From IMG/VR virus record IMGVR_UViG_3300027969_000045: a DNA stretch of 64,000 nt. One strand, written 5' to 3'. The notes beneath the pieces were generated by a model, which saw nothing but the letters and a program-made list of their open reading frames with translations, searched no databases and was not told the origin of the DNA. The first letter of the stretch is position 1. Every line of letters begins with the position of its first letter. The DNA is from a virus. Of this stretch, positions 41,240 to 49,645 are shown piece after piece. Both the position numbers and the translations under genes were made by a program.

Positions 41240-41635
41240 ATGTCAATTAAATTAGCACTTCTTAAATCAGGAGAAGAAGTGATTGCCGATATTAAAGAGA
41301 TTGTGAATGAAGAAGAAAAGATAGTTTCTCTTCTATTTTCAAATCCATATGTCGTTAAACTGATTACTCCACAAATTTTAGTTGAAGAATTGTCCGAATC
41401 ACCAGAGATGGAATATAAAGTTTCCTTTTCTTCTTGGTTGCCATTATCTCTAGAAAAAGATATTGTGGTTAGGACTGATTGGGTGGTTTCAATTGTAGAA
41501 CCAGTAGAAATGGTAAAAAAATCTTACGAGGAAAAATTTAATGGAAGAGGAAATGACATTGCCGATGGACGAGCAGGTGGAGGAAACGACAATTCAAGTA
41601 TTGATCTTAACGAATCAATTAGTTTTAATCAGTGA
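41240..41635 (+). CDS. Hypothetical protein (Sm-like fold likely)
   Basis: IKLALLKSGEEVIADI...WLPLS...DWVVSIVEP. Confidence 0.7.
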   Translation: MSIKLALLKSGEEVIADIKEIVNEEEKIVSLLFSNPYVVKLITPQILVEELSESPEMEYKVSFSSWLPLSLEKDIVVRTDWVVSIVEPVEMVKKSYEEKFNGRGNDIADGRAGGGNDNSSIDLNESISFNQ

Positions 41636-41852
41636 AGTAAGAGAAGTTTTAGCTGACATTGGGCAACCTGATTGTTTGCTAATCAAACCTTACCAAATCA
41701 AGAAAGGAATTGCTGAAGACAATTATCTAGTGCCTTGGTTATTTGGTGATTATACGAACGAAAAAGAAATTGCTTTAAGTTCTGATAAAATTTTAACATT
41801 AGTAGATCCAAAAAAAAATTTACTTGAAGAATATTTAAAACTTTCCAAATGA
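41541..41852 (+). CDS. Hypothetical protein (Sm-like fold likely); start uncertain
   Basis: GQPDCLLIKPY...PWL...SSDKILTLVDP; directly upstream of gp43. Confidence 0.65.
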   Translation: MEEEMTLPMDEQVEETTIQVLILTNQLVLISEVREVLADIGQPDCLLIKPYQIKKGIAEDNYLVPWLFGDYTNEKEIALSSDKILTLVDPKKNLLEEYLKLSK

Positions 41853-41858
41853 GGATAA

Positions 41859-44354
41859 ATGCGTTTTTATACATCAGTTTATGAGAAATTTAATAAAATT
41901 TATGTGCGAGGGTATGAAGACGGAAAGTATTTTGAATCAATAGAAGATTTTTATCCTACCTTTTATGTTTCTTCAAAAAAAGAAAGTAAGTATAAAACTT
42001 TGAGTGGAGAATCAGTAGAACCGATTCAACCTGGAAAAATATCAGAGTGTAAAGATTTTCTTCAAAAATATTCAAATGTTGATGGATTTTCTGTTTATGG
42101 AAATGATAATTATAAAGCACAATATATTTCCCAAACATATCCAGAAGACGAAATTGAGTTTAATATTAAGAAAATTCGTCTTGTGACAATTGATATTGAG
42201 GTTGCTTCTGAGAATGGATTTCCAAATGTATTTGATTGTGCGGAAGAACTTCTAGCAATCACATTACAAAACTACGCAACAAAGAAGTTGGTATGTTTTG
42301 CTTCTCGTCCTTATATTAATACCCGTAAGGATGTTGAATATGTTGAGTGTAGAGACGAAATTGATTTAATTCAACATTTTCTCGGATTTTGGGAAAGGGA
42401 AACTCCAGATGTGATTACAGGATGGAACTGTGAATTGTATGATATTCCTTATATTGCTGGAAGAATTGAAAGAATTTTGGGAGAGAAAGAAGCACGTCGT
42501 CTTTCACCTTGGGGAAACATTCACAGAAGAGAACTTGTAATTAAAGGAAGAGAACAAATCTCTTATGAAATTTCTGGAGTTTCTGTGATTGATTATCTTG
42601 ATCTTTATAAAAAGTTTACTTACAAAGCACAAGAATCTTATCGTCTAGACCATATTGCGAATGTGGAATTAGGCCAAAAGAAATTAGATCACTCTGAATT
42701 TGAGACCTTCAAGGATTTTTATACAAAAGATTGGCAGAAGTTTATTGATTATAATATTAGAGACGTAGAACTTGTAGATCAACTAGAAGATAAAATGAAG
42801 TTAATTGAACTTTGTTTTACAATGGCGTATGACGCAAAAGTAAATTTTAATGATGTTTTCTATCAAGTAAGAACTTGGGATGCTATCATTTATAATTACT
42901 TAAAGAAAAGAGATATTGTCATTCCTCCTAAGGACCATTCGGAAAAGAGTGATAAATTTGCTGGTGCATATGTAAAAGATCCAATTCCCGGAAAATATGA
43001 TTGGGTAGTGAATTTTGACCTTAACAGTCTATACCCTCACCTGATTATGCAATATAATATAAGTCCAGAAACTTTAATTGACCAAAGGCATCCTTCTGTA
43101 ACTATTGATAAAATTTTAAATCAAGATATTACTTTTGATAAGTATAGTGATTATGCAGTTTGTGCGAATGGCGCGATGTATCGCAAAGATGTTCGTGGAT
43201 TTCTTCCAGAACTAATGGAAAAAATGTATAACGACCGTGTAATCTTCAAGAAAAAGATGTTGGTTGCAAAGCAGCAATATGAAAAAACCAAGACAAAAGA
43301 ATTGGAAAAAGAAATTGCAAGATGCAACAACATCCAAATGGCGAAAAAGATTTCTCTTAATAGTGCTTACGGTGCTATTGGAAATGCATACTTTCGTTAT
43401 TATAAACTAGCAAATGCCGAAGCAATCACAATGTCTGGGCAAGTTTCCATTCGTTGGATTGAAAGTAAAATGAATTTATACTTGAATAGAATTCTTAAAA
43501 CTAATAATATTGATTATGTGATTGCTTCTGATACAGATTCTATCTATCTTAACTTAGGTCCATTGGTTGATAAAGTGTATAGCGGAAAGGAAAAAGATAC
43601 TAAAAGTATTGTTTCATTTCTAGATAAACTCTGCAAGGTAGAACTTGAAAAATACATTGATAGTTGTTATCAAGAACTGGCAGAATATGTAAATGCATAT
43701 GACCAAAAGATGCAAATGAAACGTGAGAATATCGCAGAACGTGGAATCTGGACTGCCAAAAAACGATACATCTTAAATGTTTGGGATAGTGAAGGTGTTC
43801 GTTATGAAGAACCTAAACTTAAAATAACAGGTATTGAGGCGGTTAAATCTTCAACTCCTGCTCCGTGTCGTCAAATGATTAAAGACGCACTTAAAATAGT
43901 GATGACAAAAACAGAAGATGATCTAATTTCTTTTATAGATAATTTTCGTAAAGATTTCAATCAACTTTCTCCAGAAGAAATTTCATTTCCAAGAACAGTT
44001 TCTGATGTAAATAAATACAAATCTTCTTCAACTCTTTATAGTAAAGGAACGCCAATTAACGCAAGAGGAGCAATTCTTTATAATTATTTAATTAAAGAAA
44101 AAAAGTTAGATAAGAAGTATGCGAAAATTCAAAATGGCGAGAAGATTAAATTTTGTTATTTAAAACTTCCAAATCCAATTCAAGAAAATGTTATTTCTTA
44201 TATTCAAGAATTTCCGAAGGAATTTGGGCTGGACAAATACATTGATTATGACCTACAATTTAGTAAAGCATTTTTGGAGCCAATGAAAGTAATTTTGGAT
44301 TCAATTGGTTGGAGAACAGAAAAAACAGTAACACTTGACTCATTTTTTATATAG
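41859..44354 (+). CDS. gp43: Family B DNA polymerase
   Basis: DIE exonuclease, FDLNSLYPHLI, KISLNSAYG, SDTDS; uninterrupted. Confidence 0.98.
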   Translation: MRFYTSVYEKFNKIYVRGYEDGKYFESIEDFYPTFYVSSKKESKYKTLSGESVEPIQPGKISECKDFLQKYSNVDGFSVYGNDNYKAQYISQTYPEDEIEFNIKKIRLVTIDIEVASENGFPNVFDCAEELLAITLQNYATKKLVCFASRPYINTRKDVEYVECRDEIDLIQHFLGFWERETPDVITGWNCELYDIPYIAGRIERILGEKEARRLSPWGNIHRRELVIKGREQISYEISGVSVIDYLDLYKKFTYKAQESYRLDHIANVELGQKKLDHSEFETFKDFYTKDWQKFIDYNIRDVELVDQLEDKMKLIELCFTMAYDAKVNFNDVFYQVRTWDAIIYNYLKKRDIVIPPKDHSEKSDKFAGAYVKDPIPGKYDWVVNFDLNSLYPHLIMQYNISPETLIDQRHPSVTIDKILNQDITFDKYSDYAVCANGAMYRKDVRGFLPELMEKMYNDRVIFKKKMLVAKQQYEKTKTKELEKEIARCNNIQMAKKISLNSAYGAIGNAYFRYYKLANAEAITMSGQVSIRWIESKMNLYLNRILKTNNIDYVIASDTDSIYLNLGPLVDKVYSGKEKDTKSIVSFLDKLCKVELEKYIDSCYQELAEYVNAYDQKMQMKRENIAERGIWTAKKRYILNVWDSEGVRYEEPKLKITGIEAVKSSTPAPCRQMIKDALKIVMTKTEDDLISFIDNFRKDFNQLSPEEISFPRTVSDVNKYKSSSTLYSKGTPINARGAILYNYLIKEKKLDKKYAKIQNGEKIKFCYLKLPNPIQENVISYIQEFPKEFGLDKYIDYDLQFSKAFLEPMKVILDSIGWRTEKTVTLDSFFI

Positions 44355-44362
44355 GAGGTAAA

Positions 44363-45367
44363 ATGGATTTTTTAAAAGATATAGTAAACGAAATTGGTGG
44401 AGAATACACACAACTTGCATCAGAGATTGACGAAACTGAAACGTATGTGGACACTGGTAGTTACATATTCAATGCTCTTGTTAGCGGGAGCATCTTTGGT
44501 GGGGTATCTGGTAATAAAATTACTGCAATTGCGGGCGAATCAAGCACTGGAAAAACTTTCTTTAGTTTGGCAGTCGTTAAGAATTTTCTTGATAATAATC
44601 CTACTGGATACTGTCTGTATTTTGATACTGAAGCTGCAATCACCAGATCCTTATTAGAGGGGAGAGGCATTGACACAACTCGCTTGGTCGTTGTCAATGT
44701 TGTCACCGTAGAAGAGTTCCGTGGGAAGGCGCTTAAAGCAGTTGATCTTTATATGAAGAAACCCGAAGCAGAACGCAATCCTTGCATGTTTGTGCTAGAT
44801 TCTTTGGGAATGCTTTCTACCAGTAAGGAGATCAACGATGCTCTGAACGACAAGGAGGTGCGAGATATGACCAAATCTCAACTCATCAAAGGTGCATTCC
44901 GTATGCTCACACTGAAACTGGGTCAGGCAAATATTCCAATGATCGTGACGAATCACTTATATTCTGTTGTGGGAGCTTATGTTCCAACACAAGAACAATC
45001 TGGAGGAAGTGGATTGAAGTATGCAGCTTCTTCTATAGTTTATCTTTCCAAAAAGAAAGAAAAAGATGGGACGGAAGTTATTGGTAACATTATTAAATCA
45101 AAATTAGTCAAATCTCGTTTAAGTAAAGAAAATCAAGAAGTAGAAATACGACTTTATTATGATGAAAGAGGTCTTGATAAGTATTATGGTTTATTGGAAC
45201 TTGGAGAGATTGGTGGATTGTGGAAAAATACTGCTGGTAGATATGAAATGGATGGAAAAAAAATATATGGAAAGGAAATATTAAAAAATCCAGAACAATA
45301 TTTTACTCCTCAAGTATTACAAGCACTTGATGAAATTGCTAGGCAAAAATTTTCTTATGGAAAATGA
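44363..45367 (+). CDS. uvsX: RecA-like recombinase
   Basis: AGESSTGKT, FDTEAA, VLDSLG, GGSGLKYAAS. Confidence 0.95.
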   Translation: MDFLKDIVNEIGGEYTQLASEIDETETYVDTGSYIFNALVSGSIFGGVSGNKITAIAGESSTGKTFFSLAVVKNFLDNNPTGYCLYFDTEAAITRSLLEGRGIDTTRLVVVNVVTVEEFRGKALKAVDLYMKKPEAERNPCMFVLDSLGMLSTSKEINDALNDKEVRDMTKSQLIKGAFRMLTLKLGQANIPMIVTNHLYSVVGAYVPTQEQSGGSGLKYAASSIVYLSKKKEKDGTEVIGNIIKSKLVKSRLSKENQEVEIRLYYDERGLDKYYGLLELGEIGGLWKNTAGRYEMDGKKIYGKEILKNPEQYFTPQVLQALDEIARQKFSYGK

Positions 45368-45395
45368 TATAAATAAGTGTGGTTACTAACCATAC
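45368..45395 (+). promoter_or_regulatory. Late promoter plus short hairpin before the HNH gene
   Basis: TATAAATA 45368-45375, then gtgtggtt-act-aaccatac. Confidence 0.6.
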
Positions 45396-45399
45396 ACAA

Positions 45400-45957
45400 A
45401 TGTTTATAGATACGCACCACATAATACCAAGATCTGAAGGTGGAACTGATGATCCAAAAAATCTTGTTAAACTTCCAAGAAGATTACATCAAGAAGTTCA
45501 TCATCGTAGGTGGTTAGTTGGTGGATCTATTAATGATTTGTATGCTTTCCAAATATTAGGCGGAAATTTATCAGACGATGAATTGAAAAAAATTTATGAA
45601 GATCAAGTTTATAGATGTAAGAGGGATCAAACTAAATTGACTGAATCTAGAATAAATTCTGATAAATGGAAACAATCACATCAAAATGATGAATATAAAC
45701 AAAAGAAAAGAGAACAGAGTATTTTATTAAATAAACTTGGAAAAATTAATTCTAAAGAATCATCAATGCTTATAAGTGAAAAGAAAAAATCGGTGAAAAA
45801 TTACAATTCAAAATTAATTTCAGTTTATGGTAAAATATGGGAGGATGCTTCTAAATGTGTAAGAAGTGGTGGTTCTAATGGATTAAGTTTAAGACAATTG
45901 AGATACCGAGCGAATGAAATTAATTATCCCGATATATTTTATGTGGAGCAAATTTAG
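45400..45957 (+). CDS. Free-standing HNH homing endonuclease
   Basis: THHIIPRSEGGTDDPKNLVKL..RLHQEVH; ATG at 45400 preferred. Confidence 0.85.
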   Translation: MFIDTHHIIPRSEGGTDDPKNLVKLPRRLHQEVHHRRWLVGGSINDLYAFQILGGNLSDDELKKIYEDQVYRCKRDQTKLTESRINSDKWKQSHQNDEYKQKKREQSILLNKLGKINSKESSMLISEKKKSVKNYNSKLISVYGKIWEDASKCVRSGGSNGLSLRQLRYRANEINYPDIFYVEQI

Positions 45958-45959
45958 TT

Positions 45960-46520
45960 ATGGTAATTGATTTAAATTATTTTGTTCAAGTTCATGAAAA
46001 TGCACTGGAAGAAAATGTTTGTGATTTCTTAATTTCATTATTTGATCAAGTTCCAGATAAACACGAGAGAATAGAAAACGAAAGAAAACCAAACTTCACT
46101 CAATTCAATCTTACTGAAAACTGTAAGATCACAGACGAAGTAAATACTGTTCACAATCATTTAATTAAAAAAACTTTTGATTATCGTAATGAATATTATG
46201 ATATGATTGATAAGAGAGTTTTTCCGGAAGAACACGCATTTGAACAATTTCGCATTAAGAGGTACAATAATGATGGCAATGACGAATTTGACACTCACGT
46301 AGATGTTATAGATCACGCAACATCAAGAAGATATTTGGCATTCTTTTGGTATTTGAATGATGTAGAACAGGGAGGAGAAACTAAATTTGCTGATATGATT
46401 ATACAACCAAAGAAAGGGAGTCTTCTTGTATTCCCTCCTCTTTGGATGTTTCCTCACGCAGGATTGCAACCAATAAGCAATCCAAAATATATTTTACACA
46501 CGTATTTGCACTATAAGTAA
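45960..46520 (+). CDS. 2OG-Fe(II) oxygenase
   Basis: HxD (HVD), YLNDVEQGGET, PKKGSLLVFP, distal His. Confidence 0.88.
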   Translation: MVIDLNYFVQVHENALEENVCDFLISLFDQVPDKHERIENERKPNFTQFNLTENCKITDEVNTVHNHLIKKTFDYRNEYYDMIDKRVFPEEHAFEQFRIKRYNNDGNDEFDTHVDVIDHATSRRYLAFFWYLNDVEQGGETKFADMIIQPKKGSLLVFPPLWMFPHAGLQPISNPKYILHTYLHYK

Positions 46521-47152
46521 TGGAAAAAGTCGAAACTACTATTTTAAGAAATTTACTTTTTAATAATGATTATTGTAGAAAAGTATTACCATTTATTAAA
46601 AATGAATATTTTGAAAACCTTCACGAGAAGGTAGTTTTTGAAGAGATTTGTAAGTTTATTGTTGCTTATGATGGTCTTGCGACAAAAGAAGTTCTTTTAA
46701 TTGAAACTGAAAAAAGAACTGATATTACAGAAGATACTTATAAAACAATTTGTGAATATGTTTCTAATTTAGATAATACTCCTGCTGATACGAATTGGGT
46801 TACTGATACTACAGAAAAATGGTGCCGTGATAGAGCAATCTATCTTGCACTTATGGAAAGCATTAAAATTGCTGACGGACAAGATGATAAGAAGAATAGA
46901 GATGCAATTCCAACTATTCTTCAAGAAGCACTTGCTATTTCTTTTGATGACCATATTGGCCACGATTATCTAAACGATTATGAGGACAGATTTAATTCTT
47001 ATCACAGAAAAGAAGATAAAATTTCTTTTGATTTGGAATATTTTAACAAAATTACCAAAGGTGGTATTCCCAATAAAACACTCAATATTGCTTTAGCTGG
47101 TTGCGTTCATCCAGAAACCAGAGTTAAAATCAGATTTAGGAAGATTTCTTGA
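46520..47152 (+). CDS. gp41: Replicative helicase N-terminal fragment (194 aa) fused to a 16-aa N-intein
   Basis: gp41 N-domain up to KTLNIALAG, then CVHPETRVKIRFRKIS*. Confidence 0.93.
   Translation: MEKVETTILRNLLFNNDYCRKVLPFIKNEYFENLHEKVVFEEICKFIVAYDGLATKEVLLIETEKRTDITEDTYKTICEYVSNLDNTPADTNWVTDTTEKWCRDRAIYLALMESIKIADGQDDKKNRDAIPTILQEALAISFDDHIGHDYLNDYEDRFNSYHRKEDKISFDLEYFNKITKGGIPNKTLNIALAGCVHPETRVKIRFRKIS
47102..47152 (+). mobile_element. Split intein N-fragment (atypically short, 16 aa)
   Basis: Cys1 block-A pattern C-V-x-P-x-T-x-V begins exactly inside Walker A. Confidence 0.88.
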
Positions 47153-47804
47153 TTTTGGAGTTTGGTGCTGGTTCTCCAGTTCCAAACTTCCAACCTTCAT
47201 TTAGTTTTATATCAACTTCTTCTGGTGATACTCTTTTCCATCCCTTTGTTCCCGGTAAATGCATTACCTTTTTGCCTTTATGTGCCTTTCCCCCTAATGA
47301 TGCTCGTGTTTTTCTTCCTTCATTAGATGCCCAATAATTGAATTCTGTGGATGCTCTTTGTTTTCCTCCAATTGATGCTCTTTCCTTTCTGCCTTCTTCT
47401 GTACTCCAATAATAGAAATTTTTAGTATTATTGATTAGATATTCTTGTTTTTGTATTTCTATTCCTTTTAGTCTCCAATCTTTTCTTTCTTCTACTGGGA
47501 TTGAGAAGAACCCAATTTGATTATCTCTACAAAATTCTCCTATTATTTTTCTGTGTTGGGGTGTTATATTTGCCCCCAACATTTTCATAGACCTTAAATC
47601 ATTTGGATTTTTATAAATTTTCCAAAGTAAATAATGTGCTATGATATGTTCTCTTACACTTAAATAAGTGAGATTTTCTTCACTATTATCTCCCCCCATA
47701 TGTTTTGGAGTAATATGGTGTTCGTGTATCCCAGAATATTTTTTATAATTGTCTTTTCTTGACCTATTGCTTTCGCATAGATTATAATAGATTTGACTAA
47801 ACAT
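47136..47804 (-). CDS. HNH homing endonuclease (Mob-like), antisense, between the gp41 halves
   Basis: HEHHITPKHMGG.N..ENL..LSVREHIIAH.LLWKIY; purine-rich RBS AGGGGAA before the ATG. Confidence 0.9.
   Translation of the reverse strand: MFSQIYYNLCESNRSRKDNYKKYSGIHEHHITPKHMGGDNSEENLTYLSVREHIIAHYLLWKIYKNPNDLRSMKMLGANITPQHRKIIGEFCRDNQIGFFSIPVEERKDWRLKGIEIQKQEYLINNTKNFYYWSTEEGRKERASIGGKQRASTEFNYWASNEGRKTRASLGGKAHKGKKVMHLPGTKGWKRVSPEEVDIKLNEGWKFGTGEPAPNSKIKKSS
47759..47788 (+). promoter_or_regulatory. Candidate sigma70-like promoter for the IntC-gp41C gene, embedded in the antisense HNH
   Basis: TTGACC-N18-TATAAT, ending 49 nt before the ATG at 47838. Confidence 0.5.
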
Positions 47805-47825
47805 TTCCCCTGTCCCTGCTACTAC

Positions 47826-47833
47826 TATTTATA
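47826..47833 (-). promoter_or_regulatory. Late promoter for the antisense HNH
   Basis: Plus-strand tatttata = minus-strand TATAAATA, 21 nt upstream of the HNH ATG. Confidence 0.75.
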
Positions 47834-47837
47834 CAAA

Positions 47838-48215
47838 ATGTGGATTGAAAAAGAAACATCAATTGCTGAAATCAAAACATTACTTGATAATGGATATGAA
47901 GTGGAGGTCGATTCTCCCGATGGATATGTTCCTGTTAATTTTTTTATTAATAAAGGAATGTACGAAGAATATGAATTGCACTTGTATGATACTACTACTA
48001 AAGTAAAATGTAACGAAAGTCATTTATTTGAAACTAATCAGGGGTGGATTTCTGCTAAATCATTAGAGTATTCTAATTCGTATTGGGAGTTTATTACTAA
48101 AGACGGACTTAGAATTGGTAAGGTTATTAAGACCAATAATCAAATACCTATTGTAGATATTAATGTAAATCATCCAAATCATAGGTATTATACTAATGGG
48201 GTTTCCTCCCATAAT
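47838..48215 (+). mobile_element. Split intein C-fragment (126 aa; carries blocks B, F, G)
   Basis: DSPDGY, block B-like CNESHLF, block F/G VDINV...HRYYTNGVSSHN, +1 Thr. Confidence 0.9.
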
Positions 48216-49010
48216 ACTGGTGTCGGAAAATCTTTGTTTATGTGTCATTTTGCTGCATCAGTTCTTCTTCAAGGAAAAAATGTTTTATACATTACACTTG
48301 AAATGGCAGAGGAAAAGATTGCTGAAAGAATTGACGCAAATCTTCTAAACATTAATATTAAAGACATTGAAACATTACCTAAAATGATGTTTGACTCAAA
48401 AATAAATAGTATTGCGAAGAAGACTCAAGGAACTTTAATTATTAAAGAGTATCCAACTGCTTCCGCACACGCAGGACATTTCAGAGCACTTCTAAATGAA
48501 CTCTCTCTTAAGAAATCATTCAGACCTGATATTATTTTTATTGACTACCTTAATATTTGTGGTTCCTCAAGATATAAGAGTAATTTTTCAGTTAATTCTT
48601 ATTCATATATTAAAGCAATTGCAGAAGAACTTCGTGGTCTTGCAGTTGAAGCAAATGTTCCAATTGTTTCCGCTACTCAAACTACTCGTAGTGGTTTTTC
48701 TAGCTCTGATCCTGATCTTACTGATACTTCTGAATCCTTTGGTCTCCCTGCTACTGCTGATCTTATGTTTGCCCTTATTAGCACAGAAGAGTTGGAACAA
48801 CTCGGGCAGATTATGGTAAAACAATTGAAGAATAGATACAATGACCCAACAATGAATAAAAGATTTGTAGTTGGTATTGACCGTGCGAAGATGAGATTAT
48901 TTGATGTAGAGCAAAGTGCTCAAACCGATATACTTGACTCTGGACAAGAAGAAGAGTATACTTATGAAGAAGATAAACCCAAAAAACAATTCTCTGGATT
49001 TAAATTTTAA
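47838..49010 (+). CDS. gp41: 126-aa C-intein fused to the replicative helicase C-terminal fragment (264 aa)
   Basis: ...HRYYTNGVSSHN|TGVGKSLFMC resumes Walker A; YITLEMAEE, FIDYLNI, SATQTTR, KQLKNRY; ATG at 47838 preferred over the TTG at 47793. Confidence 0.93.
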   Translation: MWIEKETSIAEIKTLLDNGYEVEVDSPDGYVPVNFFINKGMYEEYELHLYDTTTKVKCNESHLFETNQGWISAKSLEYSNSYWEFITKDGLRIGKVIKTNNQIPIVDINVNHPNHRYYTNGVSSHNTGVGKSLFMCHFAASVLLQGKNVLYITLEMAEEKIAERIDANLLNINIKDIETLPKMMFDSKINSIAKKTQGTLIIKEYPTASAHAGHFRALLNELSLKKSFRPDIIFIDYLNICGSSRYKSNFSVNSYSYIKAIAEELRGLAVEANVPIVSATQTTRSGFSSSDPDLTDTSESFGLPATADLMFALISTEELEQLGQIMVKQLKNRYNDPTMNKRFVVGIDRAKMRLFDVEQSAQTDILDSGQEEEYTYEEDKPKKQFSGFKF

Positions 49011-49420
49011 TGACTAAAAAAATTGACTTTTCTAAATATCAAAACTTTGTAGATGCTGTAACTAGTGATGCATCTAAAGACTTTCTTGCTCTTTCTGACC
49101 GTATGGTAGAACTTGATGAGAAAGGTGCTAATATTGAAAGACTTTTGACTGCTGGTGTTGGTATTAATGCCGAAGGTGGTGAATTTCTTGAGATTGTGAA
49201 GAAAATGCTATTTCAGGGAAAACCTTGGAATGACGAAACCCGTACTCACCTGATTAAAGAACTTGGAGATACGATGTGGTATGTTGCCCAAGCCTGTATT
49301 GCTCTTGAAGTTTCTTTTGATGAAGTAATTCAAACCAATATTGACAAGCTAATGAAGCGTTATCCAGAAGGTTATTTTGATGCTTACTACAGCGAAAATC
49401 GTGAAGTGGGAGACATTTGA
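49010..49420 (+). CDS. mazG: MazG-like nucleotide pyrophosphohydrolase
   Basis: AEGGEFLEIVKK, KELGDTMWYVAQ, N..KL.KRYP. Confidence 0.9.
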   Translation: MTKKIDFSKYQNFVDAVTSDASKDFLALSDRMVELDEKGANIERLLTAGVGINAEGGEFLEIVKKMLFQGKPWNDETRTHLIKELGDTMWYVAQACIALEVSFDEVIQTNIDKLMKRYPEGYFDAYYSENREVGDI

Positions 49421-49596
49421 TGGCAAAAACTGTAACTATTAAAATGGATGTTCGTTCTGCTGCGGCAGTTCGTCAAATTCTTTTTGAACACCAAAAAACA
49501 TATACTTATGATGAGTATACTATTCCTCCTAGGATTGCTGATATTCGTAGTGTAATTACGGACATTGATAAAAAAATTGAAGAACAAGTAAAATAA
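49420..49596 (+). CDS. 58-aa hypothetical protein (below the ORF-track cutoff)
   Basis: TGATG coupling to mazG; MAKTVTIKMDVRSAAAVRQILFEHQK...IEEQVK*. Confidence 0.6.
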   Translation: MAKTVTIKMDVRSAAAVRQILFEHQKTYTYDEYTIPPRIADIRSVITDIDKKIEEQVK

Positions 49597-49602
49597 TAAT
49601 TT

Positions 49603-49641
49603 AATCCCCCCTCTTTCTAAATATAAGAAAGAGGGGGGATT
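49603..49641 (+). promoter_or_regulatory. Perfect 16-bp hairpin sequestering the RBS, with a late promoter at the loop
   Basis: aatcccccctctttct / agaaagaggggggatt; CTAAATA at 49617-49623; ATG at 49646. Confidence 0.8.
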
Positions 49642-49645
49642 TCTT

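Noticed and set aside
17443-44354. Inteins or introns in gp17, gp20, uvsW, gp46, gp44 or gp43
   Set aside because: All are contiguous, of normal length and lack Hint motifs
47153-47837. Group I intron interrupting gp41
   Set aside because: The flanks encode clear intein blocks (Cys1; HN|T), and the interval is filled by the antisense HNH with no room for an intron core
47793-47837. Listed TTG start giving an MTKHFPCPC extension
   Set aside because: Overlaps the HNH start, RBS and promoter on the other strand; ATG 47838 fits the IntC start better
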